DNA from: Eledone cirrhosa
Taxonomy: Eukaryota
Length of the DNA: 64,000 nt
Assembly: GCA_964016885.1 (NCBI GenBank)
Contig: OZ024740.1
Coordinates: forward strand, 424,142,001-424,206,000
Reading direction: 5' to 3'
Every line of letters starts with the position of its first letter. Position 1 is the stretch's first letter. The notes under the pieces were generated by a model. That model searched no databases. It was not told the DNA's origin and was given only the letters and a program-made list of their open reading frames with translations. The translations under genes were made by a program, and so were the position numbers. Below, piece after piece: positions 42,203 to 54,076 of this stretch.

Positions 42203-42355
42203 ATAAATAATCACATGTTTTCCTTATATTGCTCGGAAAGAGTTTTGGGGGTTAAATCCACATCAAGGTTCATTGCTCGCAAAAATATCTTGTTTTGATT
42301 TTGCAGCAGGTCTAGGGAGGTAACTCTGGCCGGTGTTAGGGCAGTTTTTCCCGGA

Positions 42356-42386
<31 letters not shown>

Positions 42387-42437
42387 GCCGCATCCGTTTG
42401 TCTGAAGCTGGGTCTGGTATGCAAGGATTGTTTCCTG

Positions 42438-42983
42438 TTATTTTTCAGCGCCTATTTCAGCTCTGCTGTTGATGAGCTCGTGGGGTGCAGTTATGATGTG
42501 GTAGAGCTCCATGAGGCAAAGATCGCATTTCCTCTTGAAGTTGTACGGTGCAGCCATGCCGACAATCTCCCAGTGTGTGGAGAAGCTGATGTTTAAGTCC
42601 TTTAGTGATGTGATGTAGTCCGCGAGCGAAGTGGAGTGCCTTAGTTTTCTATTTGTGAAAGAGTGGAGATGTGTTCGAAACCTAATTTTGAACGGGCCGG
42701 AGGTGGCCCCTATATAATGTTTAACGCTATTGTGGCTAGTAATAGTGCATCTATATATAACCCTATCAGTCAAGCAGTATCCTCTAAGGGGGCAGCGTCC
42801 TCTGTCGCGGCAGTTGCAATTTCTGTCGCGGTTCCGTCTATTTCCCACGGTAAGGCTATCATTGTTGCTGCCTACGTTGTTACCTACGCTACCACAGCTG
42901 TCGTTAGCACAATTACAACCCACAGCACGCGGGGTGGTGCGATTGCTATTCCGCACGTCATGTTCTGCATGTTCCCCAGTCAT
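42438..42983 (-). pseudogene. Penelope-like element C-terminal fragment: Cys-rich linker and GIY-YIG endonuclease
   Basis: CNCRDRGRCPLRGYCL, VIYRC...YIGATSGPFKIRFRTH..SF, STSLADYI, CDLCLME, LINSRAE. Confidence 0.88.
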
Positions 42984-43151
42984 TTCGCGGTTATTACGCT
43001 CTGCTAACTCTCTAGCCCACTAAATATTAACACTTCGAATATTTAATACTGCCGGCACTAGTATCGAGCACCTTTGGCATACGCTACTTGGCAAATAACT
43101 ATATGTATCACCTATCCCCCCTTTTTTTCCTCTTTCTCGATACGTAAATAC

Positions 43152-43190
<39 letters not shown>

Positions 43191-43217
43191 ATATATATAT
43201 ATATATATGTATATATT

Positions 43218-45170
43218 CTGGAACGGTGGGACACACCATGGTCACCCGGATAGTAAACCAAGTCATACAGAATGGGGTTGTTCCGAAGGACTGGCATAGC
43301 AGCATCATCATTAACTGCTACAAAGGTAAAGGAGATGCCCTAGATAGGAGTAACTATAGAGGCATTAAATTAATCGACCAGGTCATGAAGGTCACAGAAA
43401 AAGTAATAGCGCAACTAATCAGAGAGAGAATTGATCTAGATGAAATGCAGTTCGGGTTTGTGTCAGGCAAAAGTACCACAGGCGCTCTTTTCATTGTACG
43501 ACAATGGGAGTAGTACCTAGCTAAAAGTAATTCCCTATACGTAGCTTTTGTCGACATGGAGAAAGCCTTCGACCGAGTCCCCCGTTCCAGTATCTGGTGG
43601 GCTCTTAGAAAACTAGGAGTTGATGAATGGCTTGTGAGAGCTATACAAGCTATGTATAAAGAAACAGTCAGCATGGTTAGGATTAACAGCGAATATAGTG
43701 AAGAGTTTAGCGTAAAAGTTGGTGTTCATCAGGGCTCCGTTCTTAGCCCCCTACTATTTATTATTGCCCTTCAGGCTATAACAGTGGAGTTCAAGACCGG
43801 CTGCCCATGGGAACTCCTATACGCAGATGATCTAACGCTCATAGCTGAATCAATGGCCGAACTAGAGAAGAAATTCCAAACATGGAAGCATGGCCTAGAA
43901 TCAAAAGCCCTTAAAATTAACCTGTCTAAGACTAAAGTTCTAGTTTGTAGGAAGGAAAATAGGGCGCCGTCCAATCCGGGAAATGGCCATGCTCAGTGTG
44001 TAGGAAAGGAGTAGGTAGAAACTCCATTTTATGTCCCAAATGCAAAGTATGGGTGCATAAAAGATGTAGTGGGATCACAGGTAAGCTAACTAAGAACATA
44101 GATTTTATATGTGGCCGGTGCTCTGGTGCAATAAATAGCAGCAAGTGCCCACAGAATACTAGCTCTTTCAATTGCACAGATGGTTCTATAGAAATAGTGG
44201 ACAGCTTCTGTTACTTGGGTGACAAAATCAGCAGTGGGGGAGGGTGTTTTGAAAGTACAGTAGCTAGAGTCAGAACTGAATGGAAAAAGTTCAGAGAGCT
44301 TATACCACTATTAGCCGCTAAAGGGTTCTCCCTAAAAATGAATGGCAGGCTGTATGATGCCTGCATACGAACAGCAATGTTGCCGCCTGGCAGTGAGACC
44401 TGGGCATTGTGTGCAGAGGATATACGCAGACTAGAGAGGAACGAAGCTTGCATGCTCCGCTGGATGTGTAATAGTAATATACGTGAACGGCAAAGCATAA
44501 ACGAACTAAGGGAAAAATTAGAAATAAGAGGGATCAGATGTTGTTTACTCGAGAGAAGGCTACGTTGGTATGGTCACGTGATGCGCATGAAAGACGACAG
44601 CTGTATAAAAAAGTGCAGGGCAATAAAAATAGACGGTAGCCACGGAGTAGGCAGACCCAGAAAAACCTGGGACGACTTGGTAAATTTCGACCTCACATAC
44701 TTACACCTCTCCAAGACAATGTCACTGGACCGAGATCTTTGGTGCTACACAGTAATAGAGAAGACCCGCCTTACCTAAATACAAAGTAAAACCTACTACA
44801 GTCAGTAGGCACCTCTAACAAAATACACTCCCGTCCCACTACCCCCACCCATCCACACCACCCCTTTCAATGTAAAGTTATGTTGGTACCAACATCCAGG
44901 CCGAAACAAATGAGGTTGTGTAGGTGTCACGACAAAAAACACACAGTCCATGCTGTAATGTGGCCGTGTAGGTAACACAGTAAAAACCTCCCAGTTCCAC
45001 ACTGTAAATGTGGTTGGTGTTAGGAAGGGCATCCAGCTGTAGAAAACCCGCCAGACAGTACTATGCGAGCAAGACAACCACTCTTGCCTCAAGTGGGAAA
45101 ACTCCCATCCAAACCCATGCGAGCATGGAATATGGACGTTAAACGATGATGATGATGATGATGATGATGA
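43218..45170 (+). mobile_element. 5'-truncated RTE LINE: RT with inserted Cys/His finger, 3' UTR, (GAT)n tail
   Basis: PKDW, NYRGIKL, QFGF, DMEKAFDRVP, VHQGSVLSPLLF, YADD, CxxC..WVHKRC..CxxC, YLG, RLRWYGHV. Stop at ~43511 and frameshift at ~43980. Confidence 0.95.
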
Positions 45171-45312
45171 TACGTATATATATATGTATATATATATATG
45201 TATGTTTCTGCTCTGCCTGTATTGTTAGGGGTCCCCCCCCCAATCGGGCAACGCGGGTCTGGGTGACTGTTGGGCTATCCCCATCCCGGCGTTTCGGACT
45301 ATATGTTATATT

Positions 45313-45747
45313 TTAGCCATGTGCCGCCTTCTTTAGAGCTGCGTTGTAATATTCCGCGTGGTTATTGAATATTTCCTTACTTGCGGACAGGCTGGAGATC
45401 CTGTCCGAGACACTCTTCACCACTGCCTTGGTTATGGATCTAGGGTGATTTGATTTGGCGTTAACATATATGAGTTTCTCGTTGGGCTTGTGGTAGGGGT
45501 AGTATTGTTCGGTGTTCAGGTTTAGGGTGGTGTCTAGGAAGTTAACTACCTTCCTATTTGGGTCTATTTCTATACTGAACCCCTGGTTCTTAAAGAAATG
45601 GCGAATATGCCTCCTCATTCCCTCCAACATATTGGTGCTGTGGTCATATACTGTGAATAGAGCATCGTCACGATATAATCCGCCGCCCAGGCAGGGGATT
45701 TCATCTTTTATCTGCTTCAGCAGGTAGAGCCCAACCAGGTCCGTACC
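45313..45747 (-). pseudogene. Penelope-like RT fragment
   Basis: DLVGLYLL...GGLYRDDAL...VNFLDTTLNL...YPYHKPN..YVNAKSNHP...RISSLS; bounded upstream by (TA)n. Confidence 0.88.
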
Positions 45748-45761
45748 TGTGTATATATGTA

Positions 45762-45810
<49 letters not shown>

Positions 45811-46589
45811 GTATGTATATATGTATGTATATATATATGTATGTATATATATATATTATTGTGGTGGCGGGGGACAGTGCGATGTATCTAGTTCATTTGA
45901 CCGTTTTCTTCTCTTTGCAAAATTTGAATTTTAACCATGTTATATTGAGATGTAAGTAAATGTAAAATGTAAAATATAAATAAGGATTGCGCAGCTAAAA
46001 TATACTAAAATATTTGTGTAACTTCCACAAACTTCTGTCGTGACATTCCCGAGTCCATTGACCAACAAATTGTTGTATTTTGATGTTTCAGAATACAAAA
46101 ATTAATTAAAAACTTACCCCACGAATAGACAGCGTGTGTTGTCCTATTTATAAGCTCCCTCATAATAACTTCTACACTCTCTCCCCACCATCACATGTCA
46201 TTACCCTATCTAGACTAAAGTCATCGACTTGTTGTCAAACTCTACTCTCTGTTGAATGTGTGTATATATATATATATATGTGTGTGTGTATGTATATGTG
46301 TGTATATACATCACTCAGTCAACCCCAACATCTACAACAACAACACCGGCACTAATGTTTACAGCAACAACAGCTTCAGAATGAACTGAAATGAACATTT
46401 ACAACAACAACAACAGCGGCATCAAAAGATAAAAAAAATAAAAAAAGAGAAAGAAGGGATTAAAAAAAAAAAAAACTCAAAATAACAAAACACACACGCA
46501 CACAACACAACAACAACAACATCAACTGCCACCACCACCACTACCGCCATCACCATCACCAGCGACCGGGCCTTAAGAAAACAACTTTA

Positions 46590-46744
46590 ATAATAATTTT
46601 TCTGCTTTTGGCACGGATCCAGCGACTGGCCCAGCGCATCACTGGTACTCTCTTTTGTTGACTCCGTGGGGATGAAAGGCAAGGTTGATCTCGGCGGGAT
46701 TTGAGCTCGGAGCATGGAGGGCCGTGACTCTATGCTGTAAAGCA
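46590..46744 (-). mobile_element. Major SINE copy with biased substitutions
   Basis: Aligns to 34862-35010 but carries many A>G and some T>C changes on the + strand. Confidence 0.85.
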
Positions 46745-47276
46745 ATTATAATAATACTGGACTGTAGTACGATCGGCTTCAACTATACAAACTCTTGAAA
46801 GTCAACAGTTGACATAATCTTGTAATCTTATATCAGTAATATATATATATATGTGTGTGTGTGTGTAAGTGATTAGAGTAGCGTGTGTGTGTTTGTTTGT
46901 ATGTATGAGTGTTGCTGTGTGCTCACATATGTATGCGCGTGTGTGTATGTCGTACGTATAAGTGTCAATAAGTGATTTTTTTTTTTTTGCGCGCGGGGAC
47001 ATAGAAATAATCGGGCTGGATGCCCGATCGCGCAGTTAAACCACTGGGAGTTAAGAACCCTTGTCAGGGCATTCTTCTAGGAGAAGGCATCTCAGGAAAC
47101 TGGGTTAATTCCGACATAAAACCTGCGGCTCAGTAGTTACCGATGAAGTTGATCTCTTCTTCTTTTCAGGTTATAGCTACTGTCGCTCAGAGAGTGGGAT
47201 TGGCTCAGTGCACAGTCTTTCCTCACTTTAAAAATATTCGTCACGCACAGGCATTGCACGAGTGCATTAATAGTTC

Positions 47277-47925
47277 GAGATGCGCGCAGGGCGACGAAAC
47301 CGTCCTGCACGCACTCGTCCAGTGTCCGAGCATTGCTGACTTGTGGGTTTATGTCGAACACCTGCTGTCACGTGTAGGACGGATCCAGCTATCAGCTGAG
47401 TCCATCGTGAGGATTGCCCCGCCCCCTTCCTTTAGCCGGGAAGGGCAGGCAGTTTTTATCTGTCTGGTGGCCATGGCGAAAGAGATAGTATGGTGGACAC
47501 GTTTGAAAGGGCTGAAGACGAGCACTTACCTCTTCGGGGATGCCCTGATTAACTTTTTCAAATTTCATTTGAAAAGGAAAATCAGGGTAGAGAGGGAAAT
47601 GCTCTCTTCCCAGCATTTTGTTGAAAGATGGGTGAGAGAAGCAAGTATGGCCCGAATGAATGTGCCTTCTCTGAGTATGTGTCTGTAAATTAAAGGTGGA
47701 AAACTGGGAGAGGGCACTTGCCCTGGTGGTCAGGGCCCCTGTGGTCTTTTAATGGGCTTTCTCCACAAATGTCCCTCGGAAGTCTCCCCCCTATTGGGGA
47801 ATTTTTCTTTGTTATTTTATTTCAACCTCCGTTTTTTTTACACGCAGAAATGCCCATTTGTACCGTCCTGTATTGTCCTTAATGTCTACTTTATGTAAAC
47901 CCTTGTGGTTAATAAAGAAAACATT
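47277..47925 (+). mobile_element. Tx1/L1-type LINE 3' end: ORF2 C-terminal zinc knuckle and 3' UTR
   Basis: RCAQGDETVLHALVQC...W, AKEIVWWTR, FVERW; stop at 47688; AATAAA near 47911. Confidence 0.8.
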
Positions 47926-47945
47926 AATAATCATTAATAGTGTAC

Positions 47946-47984
<39 letters not shown>

Positions 47985-48079
47985 TATTACTTTTTTTTTT
48001 TTTCAATTCAATGATGTTCCAGAACAATATAAAAGAGATAATTGGCAATTTAGCTTCTGGAACAAAAAAGATCATTGGC

Positions 48080-48738
48080 AATAAGGGCAGGGGCCCCAGG
48101 TTATCACAGCCTGGGCCCGCTCGTCATCGTGCCATTGTAATAGAGCCAAACAAGGCATTTAGTCTTGGCTGCTGGAACGTACGAACGCTGCTTGACAGGG
48201 ATTCCTTGGGGCGTCCTGAACGAAGGACCGCTCTTGTTGCAAAGGAGCTTCGATGTTACGATCTTGACATCGTGGCTTTATCTGAGACGAGGCTAGCTGG
48301 AGATGGTCATCTTACGGAATTTTGTGGAGAATATACATTCTTCTGGAAAGGAAGAGATGAAGGAACCAGAAGAGAGGCTGGGGTAGGATTTGCTGTTAAG
48401 ACTGTGCTTGTGAACAAATTAGAAGAATTCCCAGTAGGGATTAGTGAGCGTCTTATGTCCATGAGAGTTCCGCTGGACAAGGGAAGATATGCTACCCTGG
48501 TGAGTGTGTATTCTCCAACTATGAGTTCTGTCGATGAGGAAAAGGTGTCCTTTTACCATGCCTTGAAAGGTGTTTTAAGAAATATCCCTCAGGCAGACAA
48601 AGTCATCGTACTTGGTGACTTTAATGCTAGAGTGGGTAGGGATTTTAACACTTGGAATGTAATCGGAAGGCATGGGGTGGGAAAGTGTAACAGCAATGGT
48701 ATGCTCCTGCTGCAGATGTGTGAGGAGCTGGATCTCAT
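48080..48738 (+). mobile_element. RTE (BovB-like) AP-endonuclease domain, 3'-truncated
   Basis: [61 protein letters not shown]; open frame that ends at (TA)n. Confidence 0.92.
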
Positions 48739-48739
48739 T

Positions 48740-48808
48740 TGTGTATGTATATATATATGTATATATATGTGTATATATATATATCTATATGTATATATAT
48801 ATGTAATA

Positions 48809-48853
<45 letters not shown>

Positions 48854-49024
48854 ATGTATATATATATATGTATATATATATATGTATATATGTATATGTA
48901 TATATATATGTATATATATGTGTATATATATATATGTATATATGTATATGTATATATATATGTATATATATGTGTATGTATATATATGTATATATATATG
49001 TATATATATGTGTATATATATATC

Positions 49025-49097
<73 letters not shown>

Positions 49098-49973
49098 ATA
49101 TATGTATATATATATGTATATATATATATATATGTATGTATGTATATATATGTATATATATATGTATATATATATATATATGTATGTATGTATATATATG
49201 TATATATATATGTATATATATATATATGTATATATATATACGTATGTATATATATATGTATATATATATATATATGTATGTATATATATATATGTATGTA
49301 TATATATATATATATATATGTATGTATATATATGTATATATACATGTGTATATATATATATGTACATATATATATATGTATATGTATATGTATATATGTA
49401 TATGTATATATATGTACATATATATATATATGTATATATATGTATATGTATGTACATATATATATATATGTGCTAGTTGCTTGTGCTAGCTAGCAGATAG
49501 CAATATATTTTGCCATCCTGGGACTTTAGCCCTAGGAAAGGAAAATGCTTCTCTGATGAAATTTACTTTCCCATTAGAAATCCCATGGATTTCTAATGGG
49601 AAAGTAAAGGGAAACCGATCGGTAAGAGCAACTGAGAGTAGGTAAATATTAAAATTATATTTTTTAATTTATTTTTAAAAAATGTTTGATTTTTGCTTGT
49701 TCTGCTTATCTCAATATATATCTATGTATATATATGTGTACATATATATATGTATATATATGTACATATATATATATGTATATGTATATATATGTACATA
49801 TATATATATATGTATATGTATATATTTGTCTATATATATATATATGTATATGTATATATATGTACATATATATATGTATATGTATATGTGCATATATATA
49901 TATATATATGTATATGTATATGTGCATATATATATATATGTATATGTATATATATGTACATATATATATATAT

Positions 49974-50005
<32 letters not shown>

Positions 50006-50200
50006 GTATATATATATACGTACGTATGTATATATATATATATATATGTATATGTATATATATATATATGTATATATATACGTACGTATGTATATATATA
50101 CGTACGTACGTATGTATATATATATGTATATGTATATATATACGTATGTATGTATATATATATATATGTGTATATATATACATATGTATGTATGTGTGTA
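48740..50200. repeat. Compound (TA)n/(TATG)n microsatellites enclosing a ~240-bp unique island (49470-49712)
   Basis: Seen directly in the sequence. Confidence 0.95.
49546..49630 (+). ncRNA. Type I hammerhead ribozyme candidate with a 22-bp stem II
   Basis: TGCTTCT-CTGATGA-aa-[TTTACTTTCCCATTAGAAATCC cat GGATTTCTAATGGGAAAGTAAA]-gg-GAAAC-cgatcg-GTA-AGAGCA. Confidence 0.75.
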
Positions 50201-51389
50201 TTTGTTATTAATTTTTCCTAAACCATTTCCACAGAATTATCTGATCTGCCCTACTTACTAGTTTATAGCATTGATTAAAAGCAACTAACTTACTGTTTAC
50301 CAGACATTTCTTGCTTCTGGTTCTGGTTTTCTTTCCTTCCCCTGCATTAAGCCCCCCACTACCACCCACCCTCTAGTATTCTGTTATTTATAGACAATTT
50401 CTACAGTTGTCATGAAATGAAGACATTATCAGTTGACATGAAGAGGCTAATATTTGAGTGTAACTATATCAGTTTCTTGGTCTATGTGTGTGTTTGTGTA
50501 TGCCTGTTTGTGTTTGCCTCTGTGTATTTGTGTGTGCTTCTGTGTTTGTGTGTATGTCTGCCTTTGTTTGTGTCTGTGTTTGCCTTTGGTTTCCTGTTGG
50601 CCTCTGTATTTGTGTGCACCTGTGGGTGTTTGTGTTTGCCCCTGTGTCTGTGTATATGTTTGCCTCTGGGTTTGTGTGTGCCTGTGTGTTTGCCTTACTG
50701 AGTGTCTGTGTTTATGTCTGCCTCTGTCTGCGTGCCTGTGTGTTTGCCTTTCTGTGTATTTAAGTTTGCCTCCGTGTGTCTCGTTCCTTTCTTTTATTTC
50801 TATCTTATTGAAAACTATTTTTCCCATTTCCCTGATAGATAACTTATAATTGCCATTTCTCCTCCTCCTTCTCTGGTTTGTAAAGTACATTTACAGCAGG
50901 AGTTATAACATTCTAACTAGTTGTCAACTCACACTGGTATATTATTCACATATCTTTTTTTTAACAATATAATTACTTCTAATCACCTCATCACTGTTTA
51001 AGGGTTAGTTCTCTGGTGCTCCCAGTGGACAGATGTTAAAGCTTAAGATAACTTGTCAGGAAAATAAATCTAATCAGTTTTCTAGTGTCTCCGTTTTGAT
51101 ATAGTCTTTGAGCAATGATAGTAAATTAACTTGTTTAATGATTTGGATTTCTCTCCCTCCTCCTACTTTTTCCTCCTACTTTTGTCTCTATTACTTAACT
51201 TCTCTTCTTCTCCTCCTCTCCTTCTTCGTTATCTACATCTAGAATTCCCCCTCTCTCTATCATGCCCCTCCTCCTATTTCTTACTACATTTGTCTCTATT
51301 ACTTAACTCCTCCACTTCCCTCCTCCATCTATATTTATATAACCCCCCTCTCTCTCTACCATTTGTATTTCATTATAATTTATAATATT

Positions 51390-51581
51390 TAGGGTGGTGG
51401 ATTGGTAGTGTCGATAGAGGGTCGGACGCCATGCTTTCCAGCATAATTACGTCCCTTTACGGTCTGAGTTCAAATCCCGCTGAGGTTAACTTTGCCTTTC
51501 ATCCTTACGGGGTCGATAAAATAAAGTACCAGTAATGTACTGGGTAATTGATGGCCTTGTGCCAAAAGTGGAAACAATTAT
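51390..51581 (+). mobile_element. Major SINE
   Basis: Full head, central domain and tail. Confidence 0.9.
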
Positions 51582-52027
51582 AATTTATAAACATGTGGGT
51601 ATAAATGTGTGTGTGTATGTCTGCGCGTATACAAGTGTGTGTGTATGTGTGCATAAATTAAAATACTTATTGTGATAATTCATGAATGGATTTTAATAGT
51701 AACTAAATCCTGCTTTAAAAAACTCCTGTATGTCAAAGTATATTTTATATGTGTATAATACACACACATATGTTTGTGTGTGTGTTTAGCTTTACAAGGA
51801 GAAAGCAGATAGTAAAACGATGATAAAACAAAATTCAATTAATGGTTTTGAGGAGATAAATGTCCTCAAACCACATGTATAGTTTCACGGGTATAATAAT
51901 AATAATATGTGTATGTATTGTAGAATGAATCTTTAAGGCTATATGCCTCAAATTCATCACAACACAACATGGATATTGGACTTAATGCAGTTTAATATAA
52001 ATTTGGTGATATGTTAAATTATCAATA

Positions 52028-52860
52028 AGATCCCAGACCTCATTCACTTACCAAAGTGTGTGTGGGGGGTGTCAAGTTGGGCCATGGAAGGAATGATTCC
52101 ACAACTTTCAATTGCTGATTCATAATATCTACCACTTGCAACTTCTGGCAGAGAGAACAATGTGAAATAAAGTGTCTTGCTCAAGGATATAACTCATCGT
52201 CTGGTCCGGGAATTGAACTCACAACTTCATTATTACAAATCCAATTTTCTAACCACTAAGCCACATGCCTTTACTGGTGATATTCTGTGTCTTAAAATTT
52301 TGATGCTGTGTTAAAGCATTAACATTTTTAGAAAGAGATGTTGTATTTTTAATACCAGATAAGGAAGAATGATTGATGATGTCTTGAGATGGGTAATAGA
52401 AATATTTTAGTGAAGATAGTTGTAATTTGAATAGGATGTGTTGGTTTGTGTGAAGGCCTTAGCAATACAGATATTGTTTCATGGTTTAGTCAAAACCAAT
52501 GGTCAATGGCCGTGATCTGTTTTACAGGAGAGGAAGGGAGACTGAAACCATAAGTCATGAACTGTTGCTATGTTAGTAGGAAACAATGCATCAAGATATC
52601 GAGCAGTCTTCAGACAAGAGACCTGGTTTAAATGTTTTACATCCATGAACCAGGCACTCGTGTTAAACTGAGCAAGAATAGCAAGGTTCTGGGTTGTTTA
52701 ATAGTATGATCAAAAATTTCAGGCCTTTTGACTAAGATCTCTGCCAGGAGGAGTTGCAACCAGTATCAGTGATGGAAAGACCAATGGAAACATTGTTTCC
52801 TTGGTCTGATCTGATGAGTTCCACTCCACTCGGTAAGTGAATGAGGTCTGGGAACTTGTC
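52028..52860. mobile_element. Two oppositely oriented copies of the second SINE family
   Basis: cccagacctcattcactt...ttgcaac..ctggcagag near 52030-52155 and its complement near 52738-52855. Confidence 0.65.
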
Positions 52861-53078
52861 GAATTGATCGACAAGTTCCCAGACCTATCTGTTTACAAAA
52901 AAAGTCCAAACTCTTCACAATTAGTTCTTTAGAAATGTCTTTTAAAGTAATTGATCTATTGATAAGTACTTTTAAATAAGTAAAATTTATGCTGGACGAA
53001 CACGCTAGTATAGACAACTAGATGTAGAACAGTAAATAATGTCTCAAATGCAGAATGTCTCTTTAGTTTGTTTATACT

Positions 53079-53240
53079 TTAACCCTTTTGATAGCAGTCT
53101 GCCTAAAACCAGCTCTGATTCTATGGAACAAATCCATCCATTTTAAAGTGTTCCTATTTGAATTTTAAAATTGCAATATAATTTGCTATAAGAACCTTTT
53201 GAAAAGCTGTTACAAATACTATCTTAAGAATGAAAACAAT
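53079..53240. mobile_element. piggyBac-type MITE fragment
   Basis: TTAA-CCCTTT start; homologous to the copy at 29144. Confidence 0.5.
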
Positions 53241-53282
53241 AGCAGGTGATCTCTTTTGGAATATTAGAAATGGATAGCTCTT

Positions 53283-53780
53283 AAACATTAGTGAGAGTTG
53301 CCTCACAAAACATTAGCAACAGATGACTCTCAGACATTGGTAACAGATGACTCTCAAAACATTAACAACAGATGACTCTCAAAACATTAACAACAGATGA
53401 CTCTTGAAACATTAGCAACAGATGACTCTCAAAACATTAACAACAAATGATTCTTGAAACATTAGCAACAGCTGACTCTTGAAACATTAGCAACAGCTGA
53501 CTCTTGAAACATTAGCAACAAACACCTCTTAAATATTGGCCACAAAACAGCTACCTCACAAAACATTAGCAATGGATGCTTCACAAAACATTAGACGCCT
53601 CTCAAACATTGACAACAAGGCAAATATCTCACAAATATAATCTCTCAAACCATTAGCAACAGATGACTGTCAGATATATTTGTTCAAACATTAGCAGCAG
53701 GTGGCTCTGAAATATAACCTCAAAACATTAGCGACAGATCAACCTCAAACATGGCGTCTCAAAACATTAGCAACAGATTC
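53283..53780. repeat. Diverged 25-bp minisatellite
   Basis: Unit AAAACATTAGCAACAGATGACTCTC; decays towards both ends. Confidence 0.85.
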
Positions 53781-54021
53781 TAAATATCCTTTGAACATTA
53801 TAAATGTACTTTGATATCAGAAAGGAGGGATTTAAATCCGCTGTATTTCAGAATATATTTCTAATCTGTTATTATTATACATATTTTATCTATAACTACT
53901 GTGACAAGCTAGTTAACAGTCTGGCCAGACTACATATTCAAGGGCCACCATATTATCTTTCAAGATCCGGCCTATATAGGTTTATCTCAGGAACCCTCCT
54001 TTTGTGTGTATATATATAGAC

Positions 54022-54076
<55 letters not shown>

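Noticed and set aside
47858-49489. 543-aa ORF as a novel membrane-anchored nuclease
   Set aside because: Chance fusion of (TTA)n poly-Leu, an RTE endonuclease fragment and (TA)n.
52810-52840. CTGATGAG as a hammerhead core
   Set aside because: No matching GAAA or stems; it is part of a SINE tail.
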